Shown here piece after piece: positions 12,601 to 25,380 of a DNA stretch of 62,000 nucleotides. The position numbers and the translations under genes are program-made. Each line of letters begins with the position of its first letter. Positions within the stretch are counted from its first letter, which is position 1. The notes under the pieces were generated by a model. That model saw only the letters and a list, made by a program, of their open reading frames with translations. It did no database searches and was not told where the DNA came from. Origin of the DNA: Chiloscyllium plagiosum (Eukaryota); assembly GCF_004010195.1 (NCBI RefSeq), contig NC_057752.1:7788835-7850834 (forward strand), in the 5' to 3' direction.

Positions 12601-13107
12601 ATTGAGCNNNNNNNNNNNNNNNNNNNNNNNNNNNNNNNNNNNNNNNNNNNNNNNNNNNNNNNNNNNNNNNNNNNNNNNNNNNNNNNNNNNNNNNNNNNNN
12701 NNNNNNNNNNNNNNNNNNNNNNNNNNNNNNNNNNNNNNNNNNNNNNNNNNNNNNNNNNNNNNNNNNNNNNNNNNNNNNNNNNNNNNNNNNNNNNNNNNNN
12801 NNNNNNNNNNNNNNNNNNNNNNNNNNNNNNNNNNNNNNNNNNNNNNNNNNNNNNNNNNNNNNNNNNNNNNNNNNNNNNNNNNNNNNNNNNNNNNNNNNNN
12901 NNNNNNNNNNNNNNNNNNNNNNNNNNNNNNNNNNNNNNNNNNNNNNNNNNNNNNNNNNNNNNNNNNNNNNNNNNNNNNNNNNNNNNNNNNNNNNNNNNNN
13001 NNNNNNNNNNNNNNNNNNNNNNNNNNNNNNNNNNNNNNNNNNNNNNNNNNNNNNNNNNNNNNNNNNNNNNNNNNNNNNNNNNNNNNNNNNNNNNNNNNNN
13101 NNNNNNN

Positions 13108-13640
13108 GCAATGTCTACCGCTCTGCTATCAACAAAGCCTGTTGACTCTCCTTAATCAGTCCTTGCCATTCTAAATGTATATAAATCCGGTCCCTCAGAA
13201 TCCCTTCCAACCACCATTGATGTCAGGTTCACCCATGTAGAGTTCCCTGGCATTTCCTTACCACCTTTCTTAAATAATGGCACCACATTTGCCACTCTCC
13301 AGTCGTCTGGTATCTGTCCCGTGGTTGTTGATGATACAAATATCTCAGTAAGGGGCTCAGCAATTTCTTCCCTAGCTTCCCTCAAAGTTCTGGGATATTC
13401 CTGATAAGGTCCCAGGAATTTATTTACCTTTATGTGTTTTAAGAACTCCAGCACCCGCTCTTCTGTAATATGAACTCTTTTCAAGACATGTCTTTTTATT
13501 TCCCTAAGTTCCCTAACTTCCATATCCTACTCTACAGTACATACTGATACAAAATATGTGTTGGATGAGGCAAATATCTTCTGTAGTTCCACACATAGAT
13601 GGCCTTGATGATCTTTAAGGGGCCCTATTCTCTCCTGTTC
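13108..13640 (-). mobile_element. CR1 ORF2 fragment
   Basis: YPRTLREAREEIAEPL...PDDWRVANVVPLFKKG. Confidence 0.9.
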
Positions 13641-13980
13641 TCAACAGCAATGTTCTCAACCATTGCGATTACAAAAAAAAAATGAGTGTTAAAAAAAAAC
13701 AAGGGAGCTGTCCTCTGAAATGATCTTAGCTTGCTTCTTTCCTTTGAAATACCTAACTACCTTGCTCTGGAGAGAATATTCCGGGTTAGGCAGATATCTA
13801 GTGTGCTGCCTGAAAGAGAGATGTGCCATCCCACTGACTCTCAGGAAGAAGGTATTAAAAACAGTCTAACTCCTGAGCAACTATTAAACTGACCCCACAC
13901 TTACCTTACACAGATCAAATTCCACCTTCCCCAAACCACTTACACCCGAGAGAGAGATATGACACACACCTTGCCCCCAT

Positions 13981-14092
13981 AGAACCCACTTTCCCCTGCT
14001 CCAGACCTGAACCCCCTTTCCCCTGCTCCAGACCCGAACCCCCTTTTCCTCCCTGCTCCAGATCTGAACCCCCTTTCCCTCCCTGCTCCAGA
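13981..14092. repeat. 27-30 bp minisatellite running into a gap
   Basis: gaaccccctttccc(tcc)ctgctccagacct, 4 copies, then Ns. Degenerate C-rich copies continue after the gap. Confidence 0.85.
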
Positions 14093-15037
14093 NNNNNNNN
14101 NNNNNNNNNNNNNNNNNNNNNNNNNNNNNNNNNNNNNNNNNNNNNNNNNNNNNNNNNNNNNNNNNNNNNNNNNNNNNNNNNNNNNNNNNNNNNNNNNNNN
14201 NNNNNNNNNNNNNNNNNNNNNNNNNNNNNNNNNNNNNNNNNNNNNNNNNNNNNNNNNCCTACCCTCTCATCACCCATTCAGACCCGATCCCCCTTTCACC
14301 CATCTGGAGCTGATACTCCTTCTCCCGCTCCAGACCTAAATCTCAGCTTACCCCTGCAAACTGAACCCCTACATCCCCCACCTCCACTGCCACTCACTTC
14401 CACCCCTGTCTCTGCAACAGGACCCAGATATTCCCATCTAGCTGATCTTTCCCAACTTTGCTAGACTCAATTCCTTCCCTCTCCCACCCACCTAATTGAA
14501 ACACAGCATCACTTACCTTACCCCCTTGATATTTTGCACCCTAGCACCCTGCTTCTCTTACACTTGGTACCCCCCTTCTACCCAGCTGGCACCCTATCTC
14601 CCTGGCAACCTGTCCCTAGCGCTCTACTCCCATCCAATTGGCACTCAATGCACCTGGCACCCTTGCATCTATCCAGCCAGCATCCCAATTGCCTGGCACC
14701 CTACCTTCTGAGCTCCCAGCCTTACACTTACCTTTGAGGGGAAAGCACCAATGGAGAGCCTATGGGTGAAACTGAGGAACCTGGTAGCAGCTCAGAAGTG
14801 TTAGATCAAATAAATGCTCAAATTAGGCAACTGCGTAGCAGAGAGAGAGTAGTATTAATGGGGGGTTTTTAATCTTAACATAGACTGGGAAAAACAAACC
14901 CGCACTGGCCAGAAAAGTTGTGAATTGCTAAAGTATATCCAGGACAGTTTCCAAAGGCAATATGTCTTGGATGTGACAAAGCACAAGCAATATTGGATCC
15001 AGTAATGAGCAATGAGTTATGGACAACAGTGGGTTAT

Positions 15038-15364
15038 GGGTGGCATGGTGGCTCAGTGGTTAGCACTGCTGCTTCAAGGCACTAGGGAGCCAGGTCCAAT
15101 TCCAGCCTCAGGTGACCGTCTGTGTGGACTGTGCACATTCTCCCCATGTCTGCATGGGTTTCCTCCGGGTGCTCCGGTTTCCTCCCACAGTCCAAAGTTT
15201 TGATGGTTAGGTTTATTGGTTATGGCAAATTGCCCTGTCATGTCCAGGGATATGGAGGCTAGGTAGATTAGTTGTGGAGTTACGGGGATATGGTAGGGAT
15301 CTAGATGGGATCCTCTTTGGAGGGTTGGTGCTGAATGGCCTCCTTCTGCACAGTAGGGATTCTA
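15038..15364 (+). mobile_element. tRNA-derived V-SINE (HE1-like)
   Basis: A box tggctcagtgg, V domain ttctccccatgtctgcatgggtttcctccgggtgctccggtttcctcccacagtcc, CR1-like tail. Confidence 0.9.
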
Positions 15365-17017
15365 ACGAGCCTGATTTCATTAGTAACCTAGTTGTTTATG
15401 AGCACTTGTCAAATAGCAATCCTAACATGATTGAGTTTGGTAAGAGATAAGCAAAGACCGGATCCTAGAATTTGGATTTAAGTAAGGCAGACTTTAACAG
15501 GATGAGACAGAGACTGTCCACAGTAAACTCAAGAAGCTCGACTGAGAGAGTAAACAACCGAGGAACAGTGGAGGGCGTTCAAAGAATCTACAATGTTATT
15601 CAGAAGTAGTTTGCACCCATGAAGGAAGTGCTCCATCTCACAAAACATATTTGCCATGGACATGTGAGGTGGTAAGGGACAGCATAAAATTAAAAGAAAG
15701 GGCTTATAAAAACACAAAGAACAGTACAGATCCCACAATGGGACAGGTACCAAGACCAACAAAGGGCTACAAGGCAACTTATACAAGTGGTTAAACCGGA
15801 TTATTAAAGGAAACTTGTAAAGCTTACAAAAGGCAATAAGAAGAAATTTAGTAGTTACATAAAGTGAAAGTATCTGGTTAAGTGTATTATTGGTCCACTG
15901 AAGGCTGAGAGTGGGAATATTGTCAATGATGATGGGGAAATGGCAGATATACCGAATGATTATTTTCCTTCAGTATTCACAGCAGAAAAGGATAGCTTAC
16001 CAGAAGTCCCAAAGAAATTAACAGAGGATCAGGTACAGGGTCGAAATAAAATTGGCTCAAGTAAATCATCAATAATGGGGAAATTAATCTGAAGAGTGAC
16101 AAATCCCCCGGACCTGATGGTTTCTGTCCGGGGGCATTAAAGGAGGTAGGAAAGCACATTGCTAATGTCCTAACCATAATCTCTCTAAATTTAGGAGTTG
16201 TACCTCTGGATTGGAAATTTGCTCATGTCACTCATCTCTTTAAGAAGAGTACCAGCGGGAAACCAAGAAATTAAATACCAGTTAGCCTAACATCTGTGGT
16301 TGGGAAATTGTTGGAGTCTATAATCAAAGATAGGGTAACTGATTACTTTAAAAAATTTCAGTTACAGTCAACCTGGATTCATGAAGGGTAGGTGATGCCT
16401 GACAAAACTGCATAGAGTTTTTGAAGAGGTAACAAAGGTGGTGGACAGAGGTAAGTCAATGCATGTTGTTTATATGGACTTCCAGAAGGCTTTTGATAAT
16501 GTGCCACAAGAAACTGTTAGCTAAAATGGAAGCCCACAGCACTGAGGCCAAATTCTTGACATGGATAGGAAATTGGTTAAGTGGCAGGAAGCAGAATTGG
16601 ATTGATGGGTAGGCACTCAAATTGGCAGGATATGAATAGTGGTGCCCTGCAGGGATCTGTGTCAGAGCCTCAATTATTCACAATATTCATTAAAGACTTG
16701 GATAGTGGCATAAAAAGTCAAACATGCAAATTTGCTGCCAACATAAACGAAGGCATCATTGTAGACAGTGTTGACGACAGCATAAAATTACAACAGGATA
16801 TTGATAGATTAGGTGAATGGACAAAGCTGTGGCAGATGGATTTTGATATAATCAAGTGTGAAGTTATCCATTTCATACTGAGAAAGGATAAATCAGTGTA
16901 TTTTTTTAGAATGCACAAAGTTAAATACAGTGGATGACCAATGCGATTTGGGGGTTCAGATGCACAACTCTTTAAAATGCCCTGAGCAGGTGCAGAAAAT
17001 AGTCAAGGAGGCTAATT

Positions 17018-20000
17018 GGGGAGATTCAAGATGGCAGCAGTCTGAACAGTCTGCTGTGTTGGGCTGTGTGCCATATCCTATGCCAAGGTGGGCTCCTACG
17101 CCACTCCCCCAACCATTAGTCACCCCTGAGGAAAGTCTAGTTTAAAATAAGTCGAATACCTATAGCCCCTTTAAATCAGGGTTTAGAAGGTCTGGAGCTG
17201 ATATGAAGACATCAAAGGGAAAGGCCGAGAGGAATGCAGCAAGCAGGGCACTCCCTTACTATATCGGATACAACCATTACCTTTACTCCCGTGGCGGCGC
17301 CCTTGAGTTCAATGGAGCAGCAGCAGTTACTAATGGAGTTTACAAAATTCAGTGAAAAGATCACGGGAGCGCTGGGACCAATCACTGCCATGCTGGCAAA
17401 GCATGAGCAGGAGATCTGGACATTGGCTCAGCGCATGGAGGCTGTGGAACAGAGGACTGCGGCCATGGAGGCTGCAACTGAGAACTCTGAGGGGCAGGTC
17501 CAAACCTTGGAAGGCCAGGTTCAGGCCATGCAGGAACAAGTAGACGACCTTGAAAACCAAGGTCGGAGAAAAACATCTGCGGATCTTGGGCTTATCTGAA
17601 CGTGAAGAAGGTGAAAACCTTGCTGACTTCCTCAAGGGATGGCTTCAGGATGTTGCTGGACCCGGAGATCGAGTCAGGCCAGGTGAGTGTGGAGCGGGCC
17701 TAGATCACAATGAGCAGGTCTGGGCCGGCCCAGCACCCCACCCGGTCCCAGCGTGACTCCGGCATTATAAGGAAAAGCATTTAATAATAGAAATAGCCAG
17801 AAGACTGGGAAAAGATCCTTAGGCTTTGGCTTATAAAGGCTCAAAAGTAATGCTTTTTCATGACTGTTCTGGGGTTTAATTAAGAAAAGACCTTTGATGG
17901 TGCAAAGAAAAAACTGAGAGATTTAAACATTCAATGCTCTCTGAGGTACCCGGCAATGCTATGTTTCAGTTATGGGGGAACTGTCTACAACTTTGATTCA
18001 GCAGAAAAAGTAAAAGAATTTTTGGACTTGCTGTAATGATAGAGTTTGACCGAGAAGGAAGGAAGAAAAGAGACAATGGCATTATAACTTTTTTTTGTAT
18101 CTTCTTTCTCTTTGTTCTTTTCCCTTTTGGGGTTTCGGGATTTATAAGCATGATATTACTCAGGTGTAAAATCCAGTGTGTTTTATATTATACCTGTTTT
18201 AAGGTTATTAGTTATTCTATTGTTCTGTTTTGATGGGTGAGGGGTGGTTACTCCTTTGATGTAAAGATGTGTGGGGTTGAGATATGGAGGGAGAGGGATG
18301 GGTTAGCTAAGTGGTGGGAGTGTAAATAATAATATATGCTTTTTTCTTGCTTGGGTTTGGGGCACAGCCTCAACTGGAAGATGTGAGGATGGCAATGAGG
18401 TTGGGAGTGAATGCTCCCTATGGGCAAGGGGGGGGGGCAGGGTGGGGGCGCAAATCTCTGGAAATTTGTGCTTTTCGTTAAATTAGGGGTAGAGGTTAGT
18501 TTTTTTTTAGTTTGGTAGTTCTGGTAGTGTTTGTAGGAATAGTTTTCAGATTTGATAAAGTCTGTTTTTTCTCCACTCATCGTACACTGAATGGGCTTCT
18601 TCCTCTCGGTGGTCTCTGGGCTGTAGTGTGCAGTCATGACTAGTGATCTGTTCAGGTGGTGCACCTGGAATATAAAGGGGAGCCACTCCCCCATTAAAAA
18701 GGAAAAAGGTGCTCTCAAATCTTAAGGAGGAAAGGGCTGACATTGCGCTGTTGCAAGAGACTCATAGGGAATACCTGAAGTTACAGCAGGGGGGGAATAT
18801 GATAGGATATTCTTTTCCTCCTTTAACTCTAAAAGCAGAGGTATGGCCATGCTGGTATGAAAGAACCTCCCATTTCAGGTGACAGATCAAATCAGGATGA
18901 ATATGGATGCCTCATCATTCTCAAGGCATTGATACATGGAGAAGAGTATGGCATCCTGAATATTTACTGCCCCACCAGCGCACCTGCTCATATTTTTAGT
19001 TGATGCAGTTTCTAAGTTAATGGCTCTTGGGGTGCACCCTACAAGTCACATATAGAACGATGTGGAGGCACTCAGTTAGTACCATATACCATCTGCAGAG
19101 AGGGAATGCCTTGGGGAATACGGAAAGACTTCATGAGATTTGGAATCAGGAGTTCAGGGAAGAAATCTCGTTGGAAACATGGGAGGATATATGGGGGAAT
19201 GTAAAGAAGATATCAATATGCAATGGGGTGCAAGCAATGCAATTGAAGATCCTCCACAGGGCCCATATAGCGCCAGAGAGATTAGCAAAGTTTAAGAAAG
19301 GATCCTCTCTGAAATATCTCAAATGTAAAAACAGTATTGGCACCCTTATACATTGTTTCTGGTCCTGTTACAAGATCCGCGAACACTGGAGGGCCATAGT
19401 GAATGAGCTGGGGAGGATTCTGGGAGTAGAAAGGGGATCTGGTGTGTCCTCTTGGGACTACTGAACCTTCCCTCTCTGGATGAACACAGGAAGAGGTTGT
19501 TTAATATCCTGATGCACTGCATGAGGAAGAACATCCTAATGAACTGGATATCAGAAAAGCCTCCAGGTCTTGAAGGGTGGCATAAACTTGTGACGGAGCA
19601 CGTCCTTCAGGATTACCTGACAGGTGTGGTGCACCACGGAACAAAGCGATTCTATGAGACATGGTGGCCCTTTCTAAATTATATAGGCATGGATCTGTGG
19701 GTGGTATTGATTATATAGCCACAAGGGCCATATATGGTGATCCAGGGACCCTGGTGTGTGGAGGCCTAGTCAATACGGGTATAATTACTCCCATGAACGG
19801 GAGCCTCGATGGAGGTGCAGAGTGGAGCAATGTAATATAATATAGTACAATGTAGTGTAATTTAATTTGTTTTGGATTGCAATTTAATTTAGTGTTATCC
19901 CATTTAATTGGAGTCTGTCCTAATTTGGTTTAAGTTAAGCAAATGTGAGTCGACTGTATCTTGGAGAATAGTAGGCAGTTTATTGTTGACGTTACTGTAA

Positions 20001-20119
20001 TAACATCATTGTATGATATCGCTTCAACTTTTCTGTACTTTAATAATTTTGTTTTTTTCTGGTTTGTGTTTTTGTAAAAAAAAAGGAAAACTTTTTTCAA
20101 TAAATATATACATTAAAAA
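17018..20119 (+). mobile_element. L1 LINE with intact ends but most of ORF2 deleted
   Basis: ORF1 coiled coil (VDDLENQGRRK) at about 17203-18035. EN start (WNIKGSHSPIK) joins directly to the C-terminal Cys region (KILHRAH...C..C...TLIHCFWSC). AATAAA and A tail. TSD aaggagg(ca)ctaatt. Confidence 0.9.
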
Positions 20120-20637
20120 AAGGAGGCACTAATTGAATATCTAAAGGCTGGAGTATAGGGATGCAGAGGTTATGCTGCAATTACACAAAACCCTACTTAG
20201 ACCACACTTAGAGTATTGCGAGCAGATCTAGGCACTACACCTTACCTTGGATGTTTTGGCCCTGGTGGGAGTTCAACTCAGGATTACAAGGATAATATCT
20301 GGACTTAAATTATGAGGAGAGATTACACAAATTAGGCCTTTATTCTCTAGAATTTAGAAGGTTAAGGGGTGATCTATTAATTTATTGTCACGGGTATTTT
20401 GTTACAAAATACAGTGAAAAGTGTTATACATCTCATTTGGTCTCCAGGATATTAACAGGAAAAGACAAGGTAGATAAAGATTAACTATTTCCATTGGTTG
20501 GGGATTCTAGAACCAGGAGGCATGGTCTAAGAATCAGGGCCAGACCATTCAGGGGAGATGTTAGAGAGCACTTCTACATACAACGAGTAGTGGAGGTTTG
20601 GAACTTTCTTCCACAAATGGTGGACAATGCTAATTCA

Positions 20638-21015
20638 GTGCTTGGGAGCCTCCTGTGAAGCACTTCTGTGGTGTTTCCTCCGGCATTTATAGTGGCCTGT
20701 CCCTGCCCCTTCCGGTTGTCAGTTTCAGCTGTCTGCTGTAGTGGCCGGTATATTGGGTCCAGGTCGATGTGTTTGTTGATCTGGACCCAATATACCGGCC
20801 ACTACAGCGGACAGCTGAAACTGACAACCGGAAGCAGCAGGGACAGGCCACTATAAATGCCGGAGGAAACACCACAGAAGCACTTCACAGGAGGCTCCCA
20901 AGCACTGAGGATGTCACCTAGACAGGGGACGAAACGTTTGCAACAAAAACTTCCAGCTCGGCGAACAGAACCACAGCAACGAGCACCCGAGCTACAAATC
21001 TTCTCACAAACTTTG
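20638..21015 (+). mobile_element. Short Penelope-like insertion with inverted 5' arm
   Basis: About 130-bp inverted repeat (20635-20762 vs 20780-20907). TSD aatgctaattca at 20626-20637 and 21016-21027. Confidence 0.85.
20902..20941 (+). ncRNA. Minimal hammerhead ribozyme motif (second Penelope family)
   Basis: GCA CTGAGGA T GTCACCT-AGAC-AGGGGAC GAAA CG TT TGC. Confidence 0.75.
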
Positions 21016-21791
21016 AATGCTAATTCAATTGTAAAATTTAAATCTGAAATAGTCAATTTTTTTATTAAGCAAGGGTATCAAAGGATATGAGCCAAAGGCA
21101 AGCATATGGAGTTAGGCCACAGATCAGCCGTGATCTTCTTGAATAGCAGAGCAGGCTTGAGGGGCTGAATGGTCTACTTCTATTCCTATGTTCCTTTTGA
21201 ACTTACCATTTGACCGCAGATGTCAAAGTGGCTGTCTCTGATTCTGGATCTTTACATTTTAGAATACAGCAGCTGACTGCCATGAAAAACGTGCATTGTT
21301 TGCCCTCCTCTGACAGTTCTGCACTACAAAACAAAAAACTGGCAGAATGGAAGTATAGCTTCTGAAAGAGCCCTTATTGGAATCTTCAATCAGAAATATG
21401 GAGCTCCATTCTTTTGTTAAAAAAAAGGGTCGGACTGGCAATCTGCTAGAGATTGTCACTCCTTGGAAAGTTCACCTTGCCTCCCCCCTCCCCCACCATG
21501 TAAATGTTCTCAATCAGGCATTGAGTGCCTTTGATCAAGCGACCTATCCTCAAAAAGCCAAAAAAAAAACCTCACACTTCTTCCCTCCAGGAGGACCACT
21601 ATCCACAGGACCCCTTGCAGCTGGGTTCATCTGGGTAGTGGGGGGTTTGACGCCCTTGTAATTGCTATTTGGCCACTTATGTGCCTCAATTAACAGCAGA
21701 GACAAAAAAACTGCAGATGCTGAAATCCAAGGTACACAAGCAGGAGGCTAGAAAAAAAAACAGCAAGTTAGGCAGCATCAGGAGGTAGAGA

Positions 21792-21826
21792 AGTCAATGT
21801 TTCAGGTGTAACCCTTCTTCAGGACT
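21792..21826 (-). ncRNA. Minimal hammerhead ribozyme motif (third Penelope family), CpG-decayed
   Basis: Reverse complement: AGTC CTGAAGA A GGGT-TAC-ACCT GAAA CA TT GACT, with a 4-bp stem I. Confidence 0.65.
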
Positions 21827-22679
21827 GGAGGTGGTATAAGCGGAGCTGCAGATATAGGATGGGCTGGGGAAGGGTTTTGGTAGGGAGAGGGGCGGAGTGG
21901 TGAGGTAAGGATAGGTGAACCCATGTATGGGGTACAACCTGGTTGGTCGATGGGAGGAATGAATCTGGTTGGTAGCTGAAAGGAAGGGTCAGTCAGAGGA
22001 ATGGAAGGGAGGGAGAGGGGCTAGAAAGGGAGTCGGGGGACGGGGAGGGAGGTTATTTGAAAGTGGAGAACGCAATGTCCCAGAGTGTAGGCTGCCCAGG
22101 CAAAGTGCTGTTCTTCCAATTTGCAGTCTGATTCGCCGTGGCAATGGAGGAGGCCGAGGATGGTCATGTTGGAAAGGGAGTGGAAAGGGGAATTAAATTG
22201 GGCGGTGACTGGGAGGTCTGGTCGGCCCCTGTAGACCCAACTGAGATGCTCAGCAAAACGTGTCCTGAGTTTATGTTTGGTCTCCCCAATGTAGAAAAGA
22301 CCACATTGGGAGCACTTGATACAATAAACTGGGTTGGAGAGAGGCAGGTGAACCTCTATCTCACCTGGAAGGAATGTTTTGGGCCCTGGATGGAGGTGAG
22401 GGAGATGGTGTGCTGGTAGGTTGCAGGGGAAGGTACCTGGGGGTTTTGGGGAGGGGGGAGGTGTTGGTGGAAGAGCGCTGCGAACCAAGGATTGGTGAAT
22501 GGAACGGTCCTTGTGCAAGGCAGAGAGAGATGGGGGAGGGAAGATGTTCTNNNNNNNNNNNNNNNNNNNNNNNNNNNNNNNNNNNNNNNNNNNNNNNNNN
22601 NNNNNNNNNNNNNNNNNNNNNNNNNNNNNNNNNNNNNNNNNNNNNNNNNNNNNNNNNNNNNNNNNNNNNNNNNNNNNNN

Positions 22680-22885
22680 CTTAACCTAACACTACGGGTA
22701 ATTTAGCATGGCCAATTCACCTAACCTGCACATTTTAGGATTGTGGGAGGAAACCGGAGCACCCGGAGGAAACCCACGCAGACATGGGGAGAATGTGCAA
22801 ACTCCACACAGAGAATCGCCTGAGGCAGGAATTGAACCCAGGTATCTGGCACTGTGAGGCAGAAGTGCTAACCACTGTGCCGCCC
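22680..22885 (-). mobile_element. V-SINE (HE1-like) inserted in Penelope
   Basis: Reverse complement starts gggcggcacagtggttagcac, has B box ggttcaattcc and the V domain. The 3' end lies in a gap. Confidence 0.9.
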
Positions 22886-24735
22886 ATATTAATTACAGAG
22901 TGGAATGCTTGGGAGTGGAAGGTCTCCTCGTCCGAGCAGATGCGACGGAGGTGGAAGAATTGGGAAAACGATATGGCAGTCTTGCGGGAAACTGGGTGGG
23001 AGGGGGTAAGTCCAGGTAGCAATGGAAGTCTGTGGGTTTATAGTAAATGCCTATTTGGAGACCACCGCCAGTGATGGAAACAAAGGGATCAAGAAAGGGG
23101 AGGGAGGTGCCTGAGACAGACCATGTAAATTTAAGGGCAGAGTGGAAGTTGTGGGCAAAGTTGATGAACTGCTCTGGTTTAGCCTGGGTGCAGGTCACTG
23201 CACCGATGTAGTCATCAATGTAACAGTGTTAGAGTTGAGGCACAGTGCCTGTGTAGGTATTAAAGAGGGACTGTTTGACGTAGCCAAAGAGGCAGGCATA
23301 GCTAGAGTTCATCCAAGTGCCCTTGGCCACCCACTGGATTTGGAGGAAATGGGAGGAGTTAAAGGAGAAGTTATTAAGGGTGAGGACTAGTACGGCAAGA
23401 CAGAGGAAGGTATTGATAGAGGGGGAACTGATGGGTCTATTAGAGGGGAAGCTGAGGGCGTGTAAGCCATCCTTGTGGGGTATGGACATGTATAAGGACT
23501 GCACATCCATAGTGAAGATAAAGTGCTGGGGGCCAGGGAACTGGAAATTACTGAAAAGGTGAAGAGTGTGCTTGGTGTCACGGATGTAGCGGGGGGAAGT
23601 GCCTGAACCAAGGGGAAGGGGATAGAGTCAAAATAGGAAGAAATAAGTTTGGTGGGGCAGAAGTATGCAGACACAATGGATCGGCTGGTGTTGTTGGAAT
23701 TGTGGATCTTGGGGACCAGGTAGACTGAGATGATGAAATCACAGACAGTGTGGGTGATAGGGCCCAGATGGGCCATGGTGGGCTTGAGGATCTAAAATTG
23801 AAATTTATGGGAAAAAACGTAGATTTTTATTTCAACAAAATGGTTTCTTGATTTAAAAGAATACAAAATGGCCTGTAAACCATACTGCTGAACATACTGC
23901 TGATTTACAGAATTAACTTGCAGTTCAAAGAGGACAATAGAGTTTTCATAAGATGAATACTGACACATTAATTGACCATTTGAACTAACCTTGAACTAAT
24001 ACATGGCATGAAAATTTACATAAATTAGATATCCTTCTTAAAGAAAATATCATTGGATTAACCTGCTGTAAATCATGTCACCTTATTATATGTGATTGGT
24101 CTTTCTTGTAATTAAGGCTGTACTAGTTTTTAAAAACATATAAATAATGTGTAATTTTCAAATGTAATTGTACAACTTCGCCTCAAAACATGGAAGCTTC
24201 AATCTCTGTGTTGCTGGGTAGAATTGCGTCAAGGTACCTTAATTCAATAAACTAATGAACCTTGCTTTTTGAATAGACCGCATTTGTCGATTCCTTTGAC
24301 CGATCTCGAACCAAGAGGTGAATATGCGGCAATGCTCAGGGGTGGGGTTTTGGGAGAGTGGTCTCAAGAAGGCTGAAGGAGGGGAGGGGAAAGAGCAAAA
24401 GCATGTGATGGGTGAGAGTTGGATGTGGTGGGTGGTGGTGTGGTGGTGGTGGTGTGGGGGGGTGGGGGGAAGTAGGTGTCGGCTACGTTGAACAGTCCCT
24501 CTTCAGTACCTACACAGGTACTGTGCCCCAAATCTTCTAGTACATTGTTACATTGCTGTGCTCAATTAACAGCAGGGCAGGAAGGTTGACCATGGGCCTC
24601 CCCACCAAGAACTTAATTCTGGTGGAGGAAGGAATGTGTCAAGGATTGGGTATGCTTTCTCCCCGGCTAATTAAGCACCCTTCCTGGCTCATCTGCAACT
24701 GGAGGATTTTGCCACCTATAGCCTGGTTGTGATCC

Positions 24736-25380
24736 TGTTACAGACCAGGCCAGACCCCCTCAAAACATTTCAAGAAAGTAGCCCAGATCCTAACTTTGCT
24801 AGTTGTTTTAAGCAGGTGTAAATGTGGATGTTCCAGGAGGGATGCAGCTGGTCAAACCACTTAATTATAAACAAAACAGAATTTATTCACAAGGTTACCG
24901 AATGAAACACAAACAGAAGACAACAGAATATCAAATAACTTAATCTATCCAAAAATCCAACAGACTATACCAACTTAATGATGCTGTTCCCAATACTTGC
25001 AACAATCCCCATAAATACCCCTTGGTACAAAAGGTAACATCAAACACAGGGACTTACAGGAGAAAGGTCAGAGAGAGGGAGGGTCAGCCTGGGCCTGCTT
25101 TTCATGGGTCCAGCAGCTTCACATCTGCCTGCTGCTTTCAGTGAATAGTCAGACCAAACCAGAGTAAAGCTGAGCTGGGACAGCTGGCCACTCCCCTTTC
25201 ATTGTACAAGTGTTTTCTTTTAACTTAAAAGCCTTTTGTCTGAGGCAGTATCTATTAGATCTAATCAAATTGGCCCTAACACCCTTCAAACTTAGACTTT
25301 TTGGAGTGTCTCTTTTATGACCTCTCTGAAAAAATAAGCCAAGGACAACATAACCTTGTTAAAGAAGCAGCAGCATCACA
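24736..25380. mobile_element. Probable solo LTR
   Basis: TGTTAC...ATCACA termini. The start tgttacagaccaggccagaccccctcaaaa matches the reverse complement of 34607-34636. No clean TSD. Confidence 0.55.

Larger units (their letters stand above)
14735..21195 (+). mobile_element. Old CR1 (endonuclease to 3' end), split by a SINE, an L1 and a Penelope insertion
   Basis: EN remnants, PGPDG, SGALQGSVSEPQLFTIFIKDLD...CKFA. Resumes after the L1 at about 20120 and ends in a tattcctatgttc tail. Confidence 0.85.
21697..23787 (-). mobile_element. Penelope-like element, decayed RT plus GIY-YIG
   Basis: MDVQSLYMSIPH, VLTLNNFSF, GTWMNSSYACLF, YIDD, VYCIKCSQCGLFYIGETKHKLRTRFAEH. Confidence 0.92.

Noticed and set aside
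12569..13174. Long ORFs in the track here and at 14.1, 22.5, 36.0 and 50.1-50.6 kb
   Set aside because: Artefacts of translating N gaps.
13981..14092. Short direct repeats as a possible CRISPR-like array
   Set aside because: No spacers; an ordinary minisatellite in vertebrate DNA.
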